A stretch of DNA of 64,000 nt from an uncultured Gammaproteobacteria bacterium (GTDB lineage Bacteria; Patescibacteriota; Patescibacteriia; Patescibacteriales; UBA12465), in the NCBI GenBank assembly GCA_964408775.1, contig CAYPAP010000001.1:225839-289838 (forward strand), in the 5' to 3' direction. Of the stretch, positions 26,100-36,468 are shown piece after piece. How positions within the stretch are numbered: position 1 is the first letter of the stretch; each line of letters opens with the position of its first letter. The translations under genes were made by a program, and so were the position numbers. The notes beneath the pieces are model-generated. The model worked only from the letters and a program-made list of their open reading frames with translations. It did no database searches and was not told the origin of the DNA.

Positions 26100-27701
26100 T
26101 TATTTATTTTTATAATAAGCATAATTTAACAAATCTATAGTTTCTGAAAAACTTCGAGCACGAGAGGAAGAATTTAATACTACAGCTAAATAGCTCTCCC
26201 CATCAATTTCGGCTTTAGTTATTAAGCAATAACCAGCCGCATCTAGGTATCCAGTTTTGGAGCCTGTTATTTTAAAATTTTTGTAATTATTTCTTAGAAC
26301 CAAATCACTACTATTATAACGTAATTTTAAAGAATTGTCATTTCTGGTAACAAAACTATAACTCTTAGCAATAGTAGCGTCAGATAATAATTGGTTTTTA
26401 AAAATTTTAGCAGCTAAAAAAGCAATGTCTTTGGCTGATCCAACATTGTTTTCGTCTAGACCAGTCGGTTCATAAATTTTTATTGTTGAAGCTCCATTTT
26501 CTTTGGCCCAGGAATTTATTTTTTCAATAAAAATTTCGCGATTTAATCCACTTATTCTAACTAGGGTTTCTACAGCGTTATTAGCTGAACGAACCAACGA
26601 GGAATAAATTAAATCTTTAACAGAAACTAAGTCCCCGTCCTTAAAATTTACCCGAGCTATCTCCCAGATTTTGAAATATTTCAAATTATGTTCTTCGTCT
26701 TTAGTGCTATAAGCGACTATTTCATCTACTCTATTAAAATTATTATTTTGATTTAAAAAAGTATACACGGAAAATATTTTAGTTAAACTAGCCATCGGCA
26801 AAACCTGATCAGCATTTTTTTCTAAAATTATTTTACCATCAGACTCTCTTATTAAAATACTGCTTATCGATTTTACTTCTGGACTAGCAGAAGAACCCCG
26901 ACTCTCTATTCCTAGCTTTCTACCCGAAGTATCCGGTAAAACATTTAATGGCTCTATTAAAACATCGACCAGTCCTTCGCTTCCGAATGATATTTTTTTA
27001 AAGGCTTCATAATCTAAATCTAAAACCCTATTAGGAAAACGACTTCTATCTGGGCCAAAATCATTCACAGTAACATCAACAAATTTATTATTAGCCAAAT
27101 TATGCACCCTCAGAGTAGATCCTGCTGGAAAATCGGTAGAGGCAGTGAAATTACCCCCTTTATGCTTATACCAGCTAGCCTGCCCAAAAGATAATATTTC
27201 TGGATAAGAAAAAACAGCAATACGAGCATAAGGGAGATGAATAAGAGAGCGGACAAATTTTTCTTTAGGAAAGTCTTGGGTTGGTAAAGGCCTCCAAGAA
27301 TCATAATTTTTATCATAAAAAAATACCTGCTTTAAATTATTACTATTATCATCATAAGAAAATTGGATATAAAAAGGTTTATGATCATCATAGGCTCGCT
27401 TATTCAAAAATTCAAATTGGAAAATTGCACTTTCCTTTTTTAGGTTCCAAGGATTAAACATTAATTCATCGGGGATTTCCTCAATTAAAACCCTAGTATC
27501 GGCTGATAAAATTCCCGGGACTAGAGATAGCTTTAAATGCTCATCAGCTGAAGAAACTGTATATCCTCGAGCAATAGTAGATTGATCTAAATAGATATCC
27601 GCGTTCCTATTTTGTCTTTCATTTTCCTGAGCTGTGGAATTTTTTATCCCAAAAAAAGAAATTAAAATAAAAAAAAGGAAAAAATAAAAAAATTTTTTCA
27701 T
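26100..27701 (-). CDS. secreted fusion: RlpA-like DPBB domain + serine DD-carboxypeptidase (peptidase S11/PBP5-like)
   Basis: Signal peptide. ASWYKHKGGNFTAST...VDVTVNDFGPD is a double-psi beta-barrel of RlpA type. The SxxK (MASLTK), SxN (RSANN) and KTG (GSKTGY) motifs are present. Confidence 0.75.
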   Translation of the reverse strand: MKKFFYFFLFFILISFFGIKNSTAQENERQNRNADIYLDQSTIARGYTVSSADEHLKLSLVPGILSADTRVLIEEIPDELMFNPWNLKKESAIFQFEFLNKRAYDDHKPFYIQFSYDDNSNNLKQVFFYDKNYDSWRPLPTQDFPKEKFVRSLIHLPYARIAVFSYPEILSFGQASWYKHKGGNFTASTDFPAGSTLRVHNLANNKFVDVTVNDFGPDRSRFPNRVLDLDYEAFKKISFGSEGLVDVLIEPLNVLPDTSGRKLGIESRGSSASPEVKSISSILIRESDGKIILEKNADQVLPMASLTKIFSVYTFLNQNNNFNRVDEIVAYSTKDEEHNLKYFKIWEIARVNFKDGDLVSVKDLIYSSLVRSANNAVETLVRISGLNREIFIEKINSWAKENGASTIKIYEPTGLDENNVGSAKDIAFLAAKIFKNQLLSDATIAKSYSFVTRNDNSLKLRYNSSDLVLRNNYKNFKITGSKTGYLDAAGYCLITKAEIDGESYLAVVLNSSSRARSFSETIDLLNYAYYKNK

Positions 27702-27714
27702 GTATATATAAAAA

Positions 27715-28158
27715 TTAATTATTAAAAAAATAATTTATCCATTTCTTAAAATTAGGGACATTATTTTCAATATTCTGATCGACATTATCTATGGTATTAA
27801 CTTCTGTTTTTTTATCCTTAATAACAACAACGCTTTCTCCCTCTCTTTGCAATCCTAAATTGACCCTAGCTTTTTCAACGATAGCCTGATCTGACTCTAG
27901 ATAAGACAAAAACTCTTTTAGCTCTTCGTTGGTTTTTTCATATTGGTGTATTTCTTCCTGAATCATGCTTATTTCTTTTTCTAGGTCCTTTCTTTTCTTG
28001 TAATTTTTAAAATAAGGTATGGCTAACAATATTATTATTCCTAAAATTAAAAAAGAGAACAAAATTTGTTTAAAAAATTTTCTTCCTTGACCCTTGATCT
28101 TTCCTTTTTCAACGTAGTTCAATTTTTCAGTTGGACTAAGATTATATTTGGATGACAT
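27715..28158 (-). CDS. FtsB/DivIC-like septum formation protein (tentative)
   Basis: Single TM helix followed by a coiled coil (KDLEKEISMIQEEIHQYEKTNEELKEFLSYLESDQ). It sits in a division gene context. Confidence 0.55.
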   Translation of the reverse strand: MSSKYNLSPTEKLNYVEKGKIKGQGRKFFKQILFSFLILGIIILLAIPYFKNYKKRKDLEKEISMIQEEIHQYEKTNEELKEFLSYLESDQAIVEKARVNLGLQREGESVVVIKDKKTEVNTIDNVDQNIENNVPNFKKWINYFFNN

Positions 28159-28215
28159 AGTAATAACATATTAGCAGTTTTTAAAAAATTTAGAAAGTAT
28201 TTTTTATTTAAAAAA

Positions 28216-29784
28216 TTATCTAGATTTTGGTGTCACCCAAAAACCCATGTAACGACCGAACATTAGCCTAATTTGAGCATCCAAACAAGGGATGGCTCCG
28301 AATATGATAATAGAAACCGGAACAAATATCCACTCTATTACCAATCTAATGCTCTTAAAAAATCCATAATTTTTTGGTTTTTTTGGTAAAAGCAAAGATG
28401 ATATGACAGCCGAAATAATTAATCCAATCATGGCTATAGTCATTAGTGTTTGAGTTATGAAAGGAAGATTTAAAGCCATAACATTTTCATTAAAACGATT
28501 ACCACCCAGAAGCATTGGCATCCATCCAATAACAGCTATTATTAGGGCCGTAGTAGCCCAAGAATGGAAACCATAAATTTGAATCCAAATATGCCTGATA
28601 GATTTTCTCTTTCTCATTTGTTTTCTTCTTTTTAAAAAATTGAAAATTAAATATGGGACATTTTCACTGCCCCAGGCCCAACGTCTTTGTTGTTTATATA
28701 GGCTTTTAACTGTCTTCCAAAAATTTTCATCACAAGTAGCATCCATGGATACTGGAAAATAAAGAGGCTCTACTCGATAGTCGCCGTTATAGTGCAAGAA
28801 ACAATGCCAAAAAATACGAGAGTCTTCACTGACCATATTGGGCGACCAAAAATCAATATCAACCAGGGCCCTAAAAGTCATCGAGTGAGACGAATAGGTG
28901 GCGAGCTTTTCAGGTCGAATTTGTTGCATCATTTGCCAAAAAGTATTAGAAGCAGAGGCAATTCTAGCAAAAAAAGGAACCCGCCAGACATTATTATGAT
29001 AAACTGGAATAGGCTGATAACTAGCCCTATAAGGATTTTCTACGGTTAAAAATTTATAAGTTAAACAATAAAAATAGTTATTAGTGGCTACAGTATCAAT
29101 ATCAAAAACACTAACTAAAATTTTATCATAATCAATCCCTTCTTGATCTATTACTTCGCGCTTAAATAATTTTGTAGCGTAAGCCTGGTTTGCTCCCTTT
29201 CCTTTTAGTTCTCCTTCGATGTTATCTGGATGAAAAGAAATAAAAAGTTTTCTAAAATAACTACCATACTCGGACTCTATTATTCTGGCCTTCTCCTTGG
29301 CTGACTCACCAGCCCTTTCTTCTATGGCCAGAATAACCATCATTTTTTTACTAGGATATCCATTATTAATCAAAGCATCAAAACTAGTTCTAACGACCTC
29401 CAGGCTTTCGTTGTAAGTAGGAAGAACAACCAGATGAATAACATCTTCCCAGCCCCAATCATTTCTAGCTAAAGAATCCTGAGGCAGATTATTTTTTTCT
29501 GTCGGTAATTCCTGACATTTTTTAAACCAATCAATTTTCTTATTATGTTTAAGCTTATGAAAAGAATTAATCAAGTAAATTGCTAAAAAAATAACTAGCA
29601 GTAAATAATAAACATTAAAGGCAATAATAAAATAAGCCGCCCAAATCGGAAGAAAGTAAGACAAAATAATTAGTCCTAGAAGGGTCCCTAAAGACAAAAA
29701 GCCAGGAAGAATTTCCAGGGCTCGATATATTTTTTTATCCCTACCAAAAAGATCGGTAGCTTTAGATACTTTTAAATAATTCAT
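28216..29784 (-). CDS. membrane-embedded processive family-2 glycosyltransferase (cellulose/chitin-synthase-like)
   Basis: VVLPTYNES (GT2 N-terminus), DIDT (DxD-like), and QQRRWAWG (the QxxRW motif of processive GT2 enzymes), flanked by TM helices. Confidence 0.7.
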   Translation of the reverse strand: MNYLKVSKATDLFGRDKKIYRALEILPGFLSLGTLLGLIILSYFLPIWAAYFIIAFNVYYLLLVIFLAIYLINSFHKLKHNKKIDWFKKCQELPTEKNNLPQDSLARNDWGWEDVIHLVVLPTYNESLEVVRTSFDALINNGYPSKKMMVILAIEERAGESAKEKARIIESEYGSYFRKLFISFHPDNIEGELKGKGANQAYATKLFKREVIDQEGIDYDKILVSVFDIDTVATNNYFYCLTYKFLTVENPYRASYQPIPVYHNNVWRVPFFARIASASNTFWQMMQQIRPEKLATYSSHSMTFRALVDIDFWSPNMVSEDSRIFWHCFLHYNGDYRVEPLYFPVSMDATCDENFWKTVKSLYKQQRRWAWGSENVPYLIFNFLKRRKQMRKRKSIRHIWIQIYGFHSWATTALIIAVIGWMPMLLGGNRFNENVMALNLPFITQTLMTIAMIGLIISAVISSLLLPKKPKNYGFFKSIRLVIEWIFVPVSIIIFGAIPCLDAQIRLMFGRYMGFWVTPKSR

Positions 29785-29791
29785 AAAATTA

Positions 29792-31534
29792 TTAACTTTC
29801 TATAACAACATTCTCTCCTTCTTCTAAATCTTTTTCTGCTATATTTTTATTTTTATCACTATCATTAACTTTGTTTTTCTGTCCATAAAAGCTAACGGGT
29901 TGAGTTTTTTTTAATTCTTCTAGTGTTATAGATAAAACATCGTCTTTTACATCCTCTTTTCTGTCATTTTTTTCCAATTTACTTTTTTCTGGAATATTTT
30001 TTTCAGTCTTAATGTATTTATCACTAGACACTTGTTTTTTCACAGTCGTCTTTATCTCTGGCTTCTTTTTTCTTTCAGCCGGGTTAATACTTAAACATTT
30101 TTTACAATAAACTGGACGAATTCCATCTGGTTTAAAAGGGGTAAAAACATCCACTCCACAAGAAGAACATTTTCCTGGGAATCCCCTGTTTTCATCTTCC
30201 CTACTTTTTTTAATACTTGAGCCCTGACCTGTGTCTTTTTTTTCTGTTTCCTTCTCATCTTGATGCCAACGAACAATTTTTTCCTCTACTATATTTTTCT
30301 TGGTGGCATATTTTTCTCTAGAATAAGCAATCACTTTTTCAGTATTATTAGTTCTTTCTTCTGAGGGTAAAGGAGGGAGACCAATGGCCGAAAACGGATC
30401 AGAGGAAATTCCGTCTATCATTAATTTTAAATACATCTCATACTTTGGTAAATTTACAATATCTTCTTCTGTAAAAACAGGGGTAAATTCTTTAACCAAC
30501 TCCTCGGCATCAGATGCTCCAACTCGGAAAACTATAATTGTGCCTACATTTCCAAAAACAGCCGGCTTAACTCTCTCGTCTAACTGCTCGATATATTGAT
30601 GAGCCATGATTAAATTTAAACGATATTTTCTGGCTTCTGATAAAATGTTGGCGAAACTTTCAGTTGAAAAATTTTGAAACTCATCAATGTATAAATAAAA
30701 ATCTCTTCTTTTTTCCTCAGCAATATCAACTCTACTCATAGCTGCTAATTGAATTTTGGTAATCATCATAGCACCTAATAAGGCTGAATTATCCTCTCCT
30801 ATTCTTCCCTTACTAAGATTCATGATCAAGATTTTTCCCTCATCCATTATTTCTCTCATATCAATAGATGATTTTACTTGACCAACAATATTTCTCATAA
30901 AAGAACTAGACAAAAACTGACCAACCTTATTTTGGATAGGAGAAACCGCTTCAGAAGCAAATTTATCAGCATAGCCAGCAAACTCTTTTTCCCAAAAAGA
31001 TTTTACTACCGGGTCCTTAATATTGGCAACAACTTTTTTACGATACTCCTTATCCGAAAGCATCCGAACCACACCTAAAAGAGTTGACCCTGGGAAATCT
31101 AAAATAGCTAATATTGAATTTCTTAAAATATACTCCAAGCGAGGTCCCCAAGAATCAGCCCATAACTTTTGGAAAACACCAATTAAACCAGAGGCCACCA
31201 AATGTCGAAGATGGGGCTCAACCTGTTCAACTAAATTAAAAGCTATAGGATAATCAATATCAGACGGATTAAAATAAACCACATCATTTATCCTATTATT
31301 GGGAACATATTGAATAATTTTTTCTGCTAAATCTCCATGAGGATCAACTACAGCAACACCCCTTCCGGCTCTAATGTCTTCTATTATCATATTTTCCAAG
31401 ACAGTAGATTTGCCCATACCGGTTTTACCAATCAAATACATGTGCCTTCTTCTGTCATCTACTTTAATACCAAAACGACGCATTTGATTGCGAAAGTTGG
31501 TTTGAGCGAAAAAAATTACATTATCATTATTCAT
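29792..31534 (-). CDS. TraD/VirD4-like (T4SS coupling-protein-like) P-loop ATPase with a C-terminal CxxC...CxxC zinc ribbon
   Basis: Walker A GKTGMGKST, Walker B LYIDEFQNF, and a C-terminal CSSCGVDVFTPFKPDGIRPVYCKKC. The start is set at the ATG at 31534 to avoid overlap with the upstream ORF. Confidence 0.65.
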   Translation of the reverse strand: MNNDNVIFFAQTNFRNQMRRFGIKVDDRRRHMYLIGKTGMGKSTVLENMIIEDIRAGRGVAVVDPHGDLAEKIIQYVPNNRINDVVYFNPSDIDYPIAFNLVEQVEPHLRHLVASGLIGVFQKLWADSWGPRLEYILRNSILAILDFPGSTLLGVVRMLSDKEYRKKVVANIKDPVVKSFWEKEFAGYADKFASEAVSPIQNKVGQFLSSSFMRNIVGQVKSSIDMREIMDEGKILIMNLSKGRIGEDNSALLGAMMITKIQLAAMSRVDIAEEKRRDFYLYIDEFQNFSTESFANILSEARKYRLNLIMAHQYIEQLDERVKPAVFGNVGTIIVFRVGASDAEELVKEFTPVFTEEDIVNLPKYEMYLKLMIDGISSDPFSAIGLPPLPSEERTNNTEKVIAYSREKYATKKNIVEEKIVRWHQDEKETEKKDTGQGSSIKKSREDENRGFPGKCSSCGVDVFTPFKPDGIRPVYCKKCLSINPAERKKKPEIKTTVKKQVSSDKYIKTEKNIPEKSKLEKNDRKEDVKDDVLSITLEELKKTQPVSFYGQKNKVNDSDKNKNIAEKDLEEGENVVIES

Positions 31535-31538
31535 AAAA

Positions 31539-31862
31539 TTATTTCTTATAACTATCAATTAAATCGGCATTTTCATTAATAATTCCAAAAGATCCAGTTA
31601 AATCCTGGAAAGAACTAAAAGCTCCTTTTAAAAACGGTGGTAAATAAACTATAGCTAAAATTAATGGGACTAAAATAAAGACTAATTTAACCCAAAAAAA
31701 TATTTTTTGCCAAACTATATATTTTTTAATATATCGGCTCAATCTCAAAACCTCTTGATTGGTTTTTAGATTTTCTTGCATTAAATTAATCAAAATCTCA
31801 TTATTATCTTCTATTTTCTTTTCATTGTCCTCTATTTTCTTTTCTTCTAATACATTTTCCAT
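31539..31862 (-). CDS. hypothetical membrane protein
   Basis: 107 aa with an acidic N-terminus and one long hydrophobic helix. Confidence 0.45.
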   Translation of the reverse strand: MENVLEEKKIEDNEKKIEDNNEILINLMQENLKTNQEVLRLSRYIKKYIVWQKIFFWVKLVFILVPLILAIVYLPPFLKGAFSSFQDLTGSFGIINENADLIDSYKK

Positions 31863-31925
31863 AAAAATTAAATAAATTATACTAAGAAAATTATAGCAAA
31901 TACAGGCAGAAAAATCAAACCAAGA

Positions 31926-32783
31926 CTAAGCCTTGATTTTACTAAAAAAATCCAAAGAATTATCAAAAAGAAGGTCTTCCACCTCCCCTAAAGGAATATC
32001 TTTAATTTTAGCAATTTTTTCAGCTACTTTTTTAACATAAAGAGGCTCATTTCTTTGCCCTCGATAAGGAACCGGTGATAAATAAGGTGAGTCGGTCTCT
32101 ATCATTAATTTTTCAATAGGAGATTTCTTTATAACTTCATCCCAATCATTAACAAAAGTGATAAGACCAGTGAAAGAAATTTTTAATCCTAAGGAAAAAT
32201 ATTTTTTAGCCATTTCGTAATCTCCCGAGAAACAATGAACCACCCCCCAGTCTTGAGAAAAATTATTTCTATCAGAAAAATCTTTTAAGATCTTATACAA
32301 ATCATCATGGGCCTCTCGACAATGAATAATTACTGGTAAATTATTATTTTTTGCCAAATTCAATTGTTCTAAAAAAACTTCTTTCTGCAAATCTTTAATT
32401 TCTTTTTCTGTTTGACCCAAGGAAGTATTAATATGATAATAATCTAAACCAATTTCCCCCACTGCTACTATTTTTTTATTCTTATCAATTAGCCCTTGGT
32501 ATTTCTGGGAATCAAATTTTTCACCACGACTTTTAAATTCATATTTTCCGTTCTCATTATCATTTTTTATTAAAAAATCTTGCAAATGAATAGGATGCAG
32601 TCCAACAGCCGAATAAACTCCTTTATCAAATTTTTCAGATAAAAAAACAGCTCTCTCAGAGGTCTTGAATTCTGAACCTATAACTATCATATAGACATTG
32701 TTTTCTAGAGATCTGTTAGTCACTTCTAAAAAATCGTCTTGAAAATCCTTGAAATTTAAATGGCAATGAGTATCTATATACAT
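31926..32783 (-). CDS. tatD: TatD-family metal-dependent hydrolase/DNase
   Basis: YIDTHCHLNF, GEIGLDY, IHCREA and VHCFSG motifs. Confidence 0.85.
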   Translation of the reverse strand: MYIDTHCHLNFKDFQDDFLEVTNRSLENNVYMIVIGSEFKTSERAVFLSEKFDKGVYSAVGLHPIHLQDFLIKNDNENGKYEFKSRGEKFDSQKYQGLIDKNKKIVAVGEIGLDYYHINTSLGQTEKEIKDLQKEVFLEQLNLAKNNNLPVIIHCREAHDDLYKILKDFSDRNNFSQDWGVVHCFSGDYEMAKKYFSLGLKISFTGLITFVNDWDEVIKKSPIEKLMIETDSPYLSPVPYRGQRNEPLYVKKVAEKIAKIKDIPLGEVEDLLFDNSLDFFSKIKA

Positions 32784-32787
32784 AAAA

Positions 32788-33870
32788 CTAAAAATTAATT
32801 TCTTCTAATATTTTTTTATCTTTTCTAGAAATACTTTTAGGAATATCAACAATAACTTCAACCAAATGATCTCCCTGACCAGTCCCTCTAAGTTTTGGCA
32901 CTCCCTTGCCTTTTATTTTGAACTTGGTCCCAGATTGAGTTCCTTCAGGAATTTTTAAAACAACCTCTCCATGAACAGTATTAATATTTATTTTATCGCC
33001 CAAGATCGCTTGCTTAACATTAATCTTCTCCTTAGTATAAATATCATATCCAGCTCTGTTAAATTCAATACTAGGCTTAACCCTAATTCGTAAAATTAAA
33101 TCGCCAGAACCTGAGCCCTTTAAACCACTATGCCCCTTGCCTGATAATCGAATCGCCTCTCCTTCATTAATGCCGGCTGGAATTTTTATCTTCATTTTTT
33201 CTTGACCCTCATAAATACCATGTCCCTTGCATTTAGAGCATTTTTTGGAATAAGTCTTTCCCTCGCCCTGACAATCAGAACAGATTGATTCTGCCTGCAT
33301 AGCACCAAAAATAGTTCTTTGAACTTTAAGAACTCGCCCTCGTCCCTTACAGGTAGGACATGTTTCAATTTTACTACCCGGCTCTGCTCCGTTACCATTA
33401 CATTTTTCACATTTTATATTTTTATCTACAAGTATTTCTTTCTCTACTCCAAAAACGGCTTCCTTAAAATCAATAATTAAAATAGCTTCTAAATCATCTC
33501 CTCTCATTGAAGCACTTCTACCTCTAGAAGAATTTTGAGAAAAGCCAAACATATCGCCGAAGCCACCAAACAAGTCACCTAAATCTTCGAAATTGACATT
33601 TGCGCCCGAAAAGCCCCCACCCTGAAATCCAGAAAAATCAAAACCAGCCCCATTCATATTTTCAAAACCGGAGCCGAACTGATCATATTGTTTTCTTTTT
33701 TGCTCATTTCCTAAAACCTGATAAGCCTCATTAATCTTCTTAAACTCATTAGCATCACCCCCTTTGTCGGGATGATGCTTATGAGCTAATTTTCTAAAGG
33801 CAGTTTTAATTTCAGCTTGACTAGCACCCTTAGATACGCCTAAGATGCTATAATAATCTTTATTAGACAT
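32788..33870 (-). CDS. dnaJ: chaperone DnaJ
   Basis: J domain with HPD (HKHHPDKGG), a G/F region, and four CxxCxGxG repeats. Confidence 0.95.
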   Translation of the reverse strand: MSNKDYYSILGVSKGASQAEIKTAFRKLAHKHHPDKGGDANEFKKINEAYQVLGNEQKRKQYDQFGSGFENMNGAGFDFSGFQGGGFSGANVNFEDLGDLFGGFGDMFGFSQNSSRGRSASMRGDDLEAILIIDFKEAVFGVEKEILVDKNIKCEKCNGNGAEPGSKIETCPTCKGRGRVLKVQRTIFGAMQAESICSDCQGEGKTYSKKCSKCKGHGIYEGQEKMKIKIPAGINEGEAIRLSGKGHSGLKGSGSGDLILRIRVKPSIEFNRAGYDIYTKEKINVKQAILGDKININTVHGEVVLKIPEGTQSGTKFKIKGKGVPKLRGTGQGDHLVEVIVDIPKSISRKDKKILEEINF

Positions 33871-33894
33871 TAGTTTTTTATTAATCTTAAAGTA

Positions 33895-35829
33895 TTACTT
33901 TTCCTCAACCTCTCCCTCAACAACATTATCATCCGAGTTTTTTGACTCTTTGTCATCGGATTTACTCGAAGCCCCTTCTTCTGAACTTGCTTCTGGACCA
34001 GCCTGAGTTGTATCACCCGGAGTAGGTCCCTGATTTTGATACATCGCTGCGCCAATCTTTTGAGCAATATCATTTAGTTCTTCCATTTTTTTCTTCATGT
34101 CATCATACTGATCACCGTCTTTTATTTTCTTTAATTCCTCTAATTTAGCTTCTAATTCTTTTTTATCCTCTTCCTTCATTTTTTCACCAGACTCTTTTAA
34201 TAATTTTTCTGTAGTGAAAACAACGGCATCAGCTTGATTTTTAATTTCAATGTTTTCTTTTTTCTTTTTATCCTCTTCAGCATGAATTTCAGCTTCTTTT
34301 TGCATTTTTTCAATCTCTTCTTTACTTAAACCAGAAGAAGATGTGATGGTAATTTTCTGCTCTTTATTAGTAGCCTTATCCTTAGCGGTAACATTTAAAA
34401 TACCGTTAGCATCAATGTCGAAAATAACCTCAACCTGAGGGACACCTCGAGGAGCTGGCGGGATACCGTCCAAAATAAAGCGCCCTAAAGTCTTGTTGTC
34501 AGAAGCCATAGGTCTTTCTCCTTGTAAAACATGAATTTCCACGCTGGGCTGATTATCAGCAGCTGTTGAAAAAATTTGTGATTTAGAATGAGGTATGGTA
34601 GTATTTCTATCAATTAAAGGAGTAGCAACTCCACCCAATGTTTCTATACCCAAAGTTAAAGGGGTAACATCTAAAAGCAACACATCTTTAACGTCCCCCT
34701 GCAAAACTCCAGCCTGGACAGCAGCACCAATAGCCACTACTTCATCTGGGTTAACACTCAAGTTTGGCTCTTTGCCAAAAAATTCCTTAACCTTTTTTTG
34801 CACCAACGGCATTCTAGTCATTCCACCAACTAAAATAACTTCTTCGATCTCAGAGGTGCTTAAACCAGCATCTGATAGGGCTTTCTTACAGGGCTCTATA
34901 GTTCTGTCAACTAAGTCGGAAATTAATTCCTCTAATTTTGACCTAGTTAATTTCATTACTAAATGCTTAGGACCATTTTCATCAGTACTAATAAACGGCT
35001 GATTAATTTCTGTTTCCATAGAAGTGGATAATTCTATTTTTGCTTTTTCAGCTGATTCTTTAATTCTCTGCAAGGCTAAAGAATCTTTAGATAAATCTAT
35101 CCCCTGGTCTTTTTTAAATTCATTAATGATCCAGGAAATAATAACCTGGTCAAAATCTTCTCCTCCTAAATGAGTATCACCATTGGTAGCCTTTACCTCT
35201 ACTGTGTCTTCTGAAATATCCAAAATAGAGACGTCAAAAGTTCCCCCTCCTAAATCATAGACAGCTACTTGCTGACCTTTTTTCTTATCAAAGCCATAAG
35301 CTAGGGCAGCGGCAGTTGGTTCATTTATAATTCTTTTGACATCCAATCCTGCGATTTTCCCAGCGTCCTTAGTCGCCTGTCTTTGAGCATCATCAAAATA
35401 GGCTGGAACAGTGATAATAGCCTCAGTTATTTTTTCTCCAATCTTATTTTCAGCATCAGCTTTTAATTTCGCCAAAACCATAGCCGAAATTTCCTGTGGA
35501 GTGTATTCTTTGTCCCCCATTTTAACTTTAACACCCTCGCCTGACTGAATCATTTTATAAGAGACCATCTCTAGATCTTTTTTAACTTCAGCGTCCTCAA
35601 ACTTACGACCGATCAAACGCTTAACTGAGTGAATAGTGTTTTCTGGGTTAGTAACAGCCTGCCTTTTAGCTGACTGACCAACTAGACGCTCACCACTCTT
35701 AGAAATAGCCACTATAGAGGGGGTTGTGCGATTACCTTCAGCATTTTCTAAAATCTTAGGTTGACCACCCTCAATAATAGCCATGGCTGAATTAGTTGTT
35801 CCCAAGTCGATTCCTAATATTTTTCCCAT
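33895..35829 (-). CDS. dnaK: chaperone DnaK (Hsp70)
   Basis: [17 protein letters not shown] and [10 protein letters not shown] signatures across the full length. Confidence 0.97.
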   Translation of the reverse strand: MGKILGIDLGTTNSAMAIIEGGQPKILENAEGNRTTPSIVAISKSGERLVGQSAKRQAVTNPENTIHSVKRLIGRKFEDAEVKKDLEMVSYKMIQSGEGVKVKMGDKEYTPQEISAMVLAKLKADAENKIGEKITEAIITVPAYFDDAQRQATKDAGKIAGLDVKRIINEPTAAALAYGFDKKKGQQVAVYDLGGGTFDVSILDISEDTVEVKATNGDTHLGGEDFDQVIISWIINEFKKDQGIDLSKDSLALQRIKESAEKAKIELSTSMETEINQPFISTDENGPKHLVMKLTRSKLEELISDLVDRTIEPCKKALSDAGLSTSEIEEVILVGGMTRMPLVQKKVKEFFGKEPNLSVNPDEVVAIGAAVQAGVLQGDVKDVLLLDVTPLTLGIETLGGVATPLIDRNTTIPHSKSQIFSTAADNQPSVEIHVLQGERPMASDNKTLGRFILDGIPPAPRGVPQVEVIFDIDANGILNVTAKDKATNKEQKITITSSSGLSKEEIEKMQKEAEIHAEEDKKKKENIEIKNQADAVVFTTEKLLKESGEKMKEEDKKELEAKLEELKKIKDGDQYDDMKKKMEELNDIAQKIGAAMYQNQGPTPGDTTQAGPEASSEEGASSKSDDKESKNSDDNVVEGEVEEK

Positions 35830-35925
35830 ATCTTTTGTTTTTGAAATTTTCCGAAATTTTTAAGATTTAATTAATACAGAAAATTTCAATATTTTTATAA
35901 TTAATTTTAATAAAATTGTCCAAGT

Positions 35926-35950
35926 CAGAAACACAGTGAATGTGTTTCTG
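35926..35950. other. perfect 10-bp hairpin between hsp20 and dnaK
   Basis: CAGAAACACA-GTGAA-TGTGTTTCTG. A T-run follows only on the plus strand (TTTT). On the coding (minus) strand there is no U-run, so this may be an attenuator or processing site rather than a full terminator. Confidence 0.35.
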
Positions 35951-35962
35951 TTTTAGAAAATC

Positions 35963-36397
35963 TTATTTTTTGTTAGTTTTAATTTTAATTGATTTTGGTT
36001 TAGATTCTGGTGCTTTAGGAATGGATATTTTTAAAATTCCTCCATCTGCTAAAGCCGAAGCATGGTCTCCTAAAACCCTGGCTGGAAGAGGAATAGAGCG
36101 ATAAAAACCACCTCGGCGAATCTCTTTGCGATAATAATTTTTTTCTTCTACCTCAGTTTTTTTCTCACCCTCACCCTTAATACACAAAACATCATTTTCA
36201 ATAGAAATATCAATTTTTTCTGGATCTATACCGGCTAATTGAGTTTCCACGATCACGTTATCGTCATCTTCGTACATATCAATAGCTGGCATAAAACCAT
36301 TGTTGCTACGAACAGCTGGTAAAAACTCGGACATCATTTTGTCCATTTCATCAAAATAATTGTCCCCTAAAAATGGGCTCCATTTTACAAGTGACAT
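35963..36397 (-). CDS. small heat-shock protein (Hsp20/alpha-crystallin)
   Basis: Alpha-crystallin domain pattern (PAIDMYEDDDNVIVETQLAGIDPEKIDISIENDVLCIKGE...F.RSIPLP...GILKI.IPK). Confidence 0.9.
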   Translation of the reverse strand: MSLVKWSPFLGDNYFDEMDKMMSEFLPAVRSNNGFMPAIDMYEDDDNVIVETQLAGIDPEKIDISIENDVLCIKGEGEKKTEVEEKNYYRKEIRRGGFYRSIPLPARVLGDHASALADGGILKISIPKAPESKPKSIKIKTNKK

Positions 36398-36468
36398 ATC
36401 TTTAAATATCTTTTATCAAAACAACTTTTCAGTTGTAGATGAAAAAAGATTAAAAATTAATAAAACAT

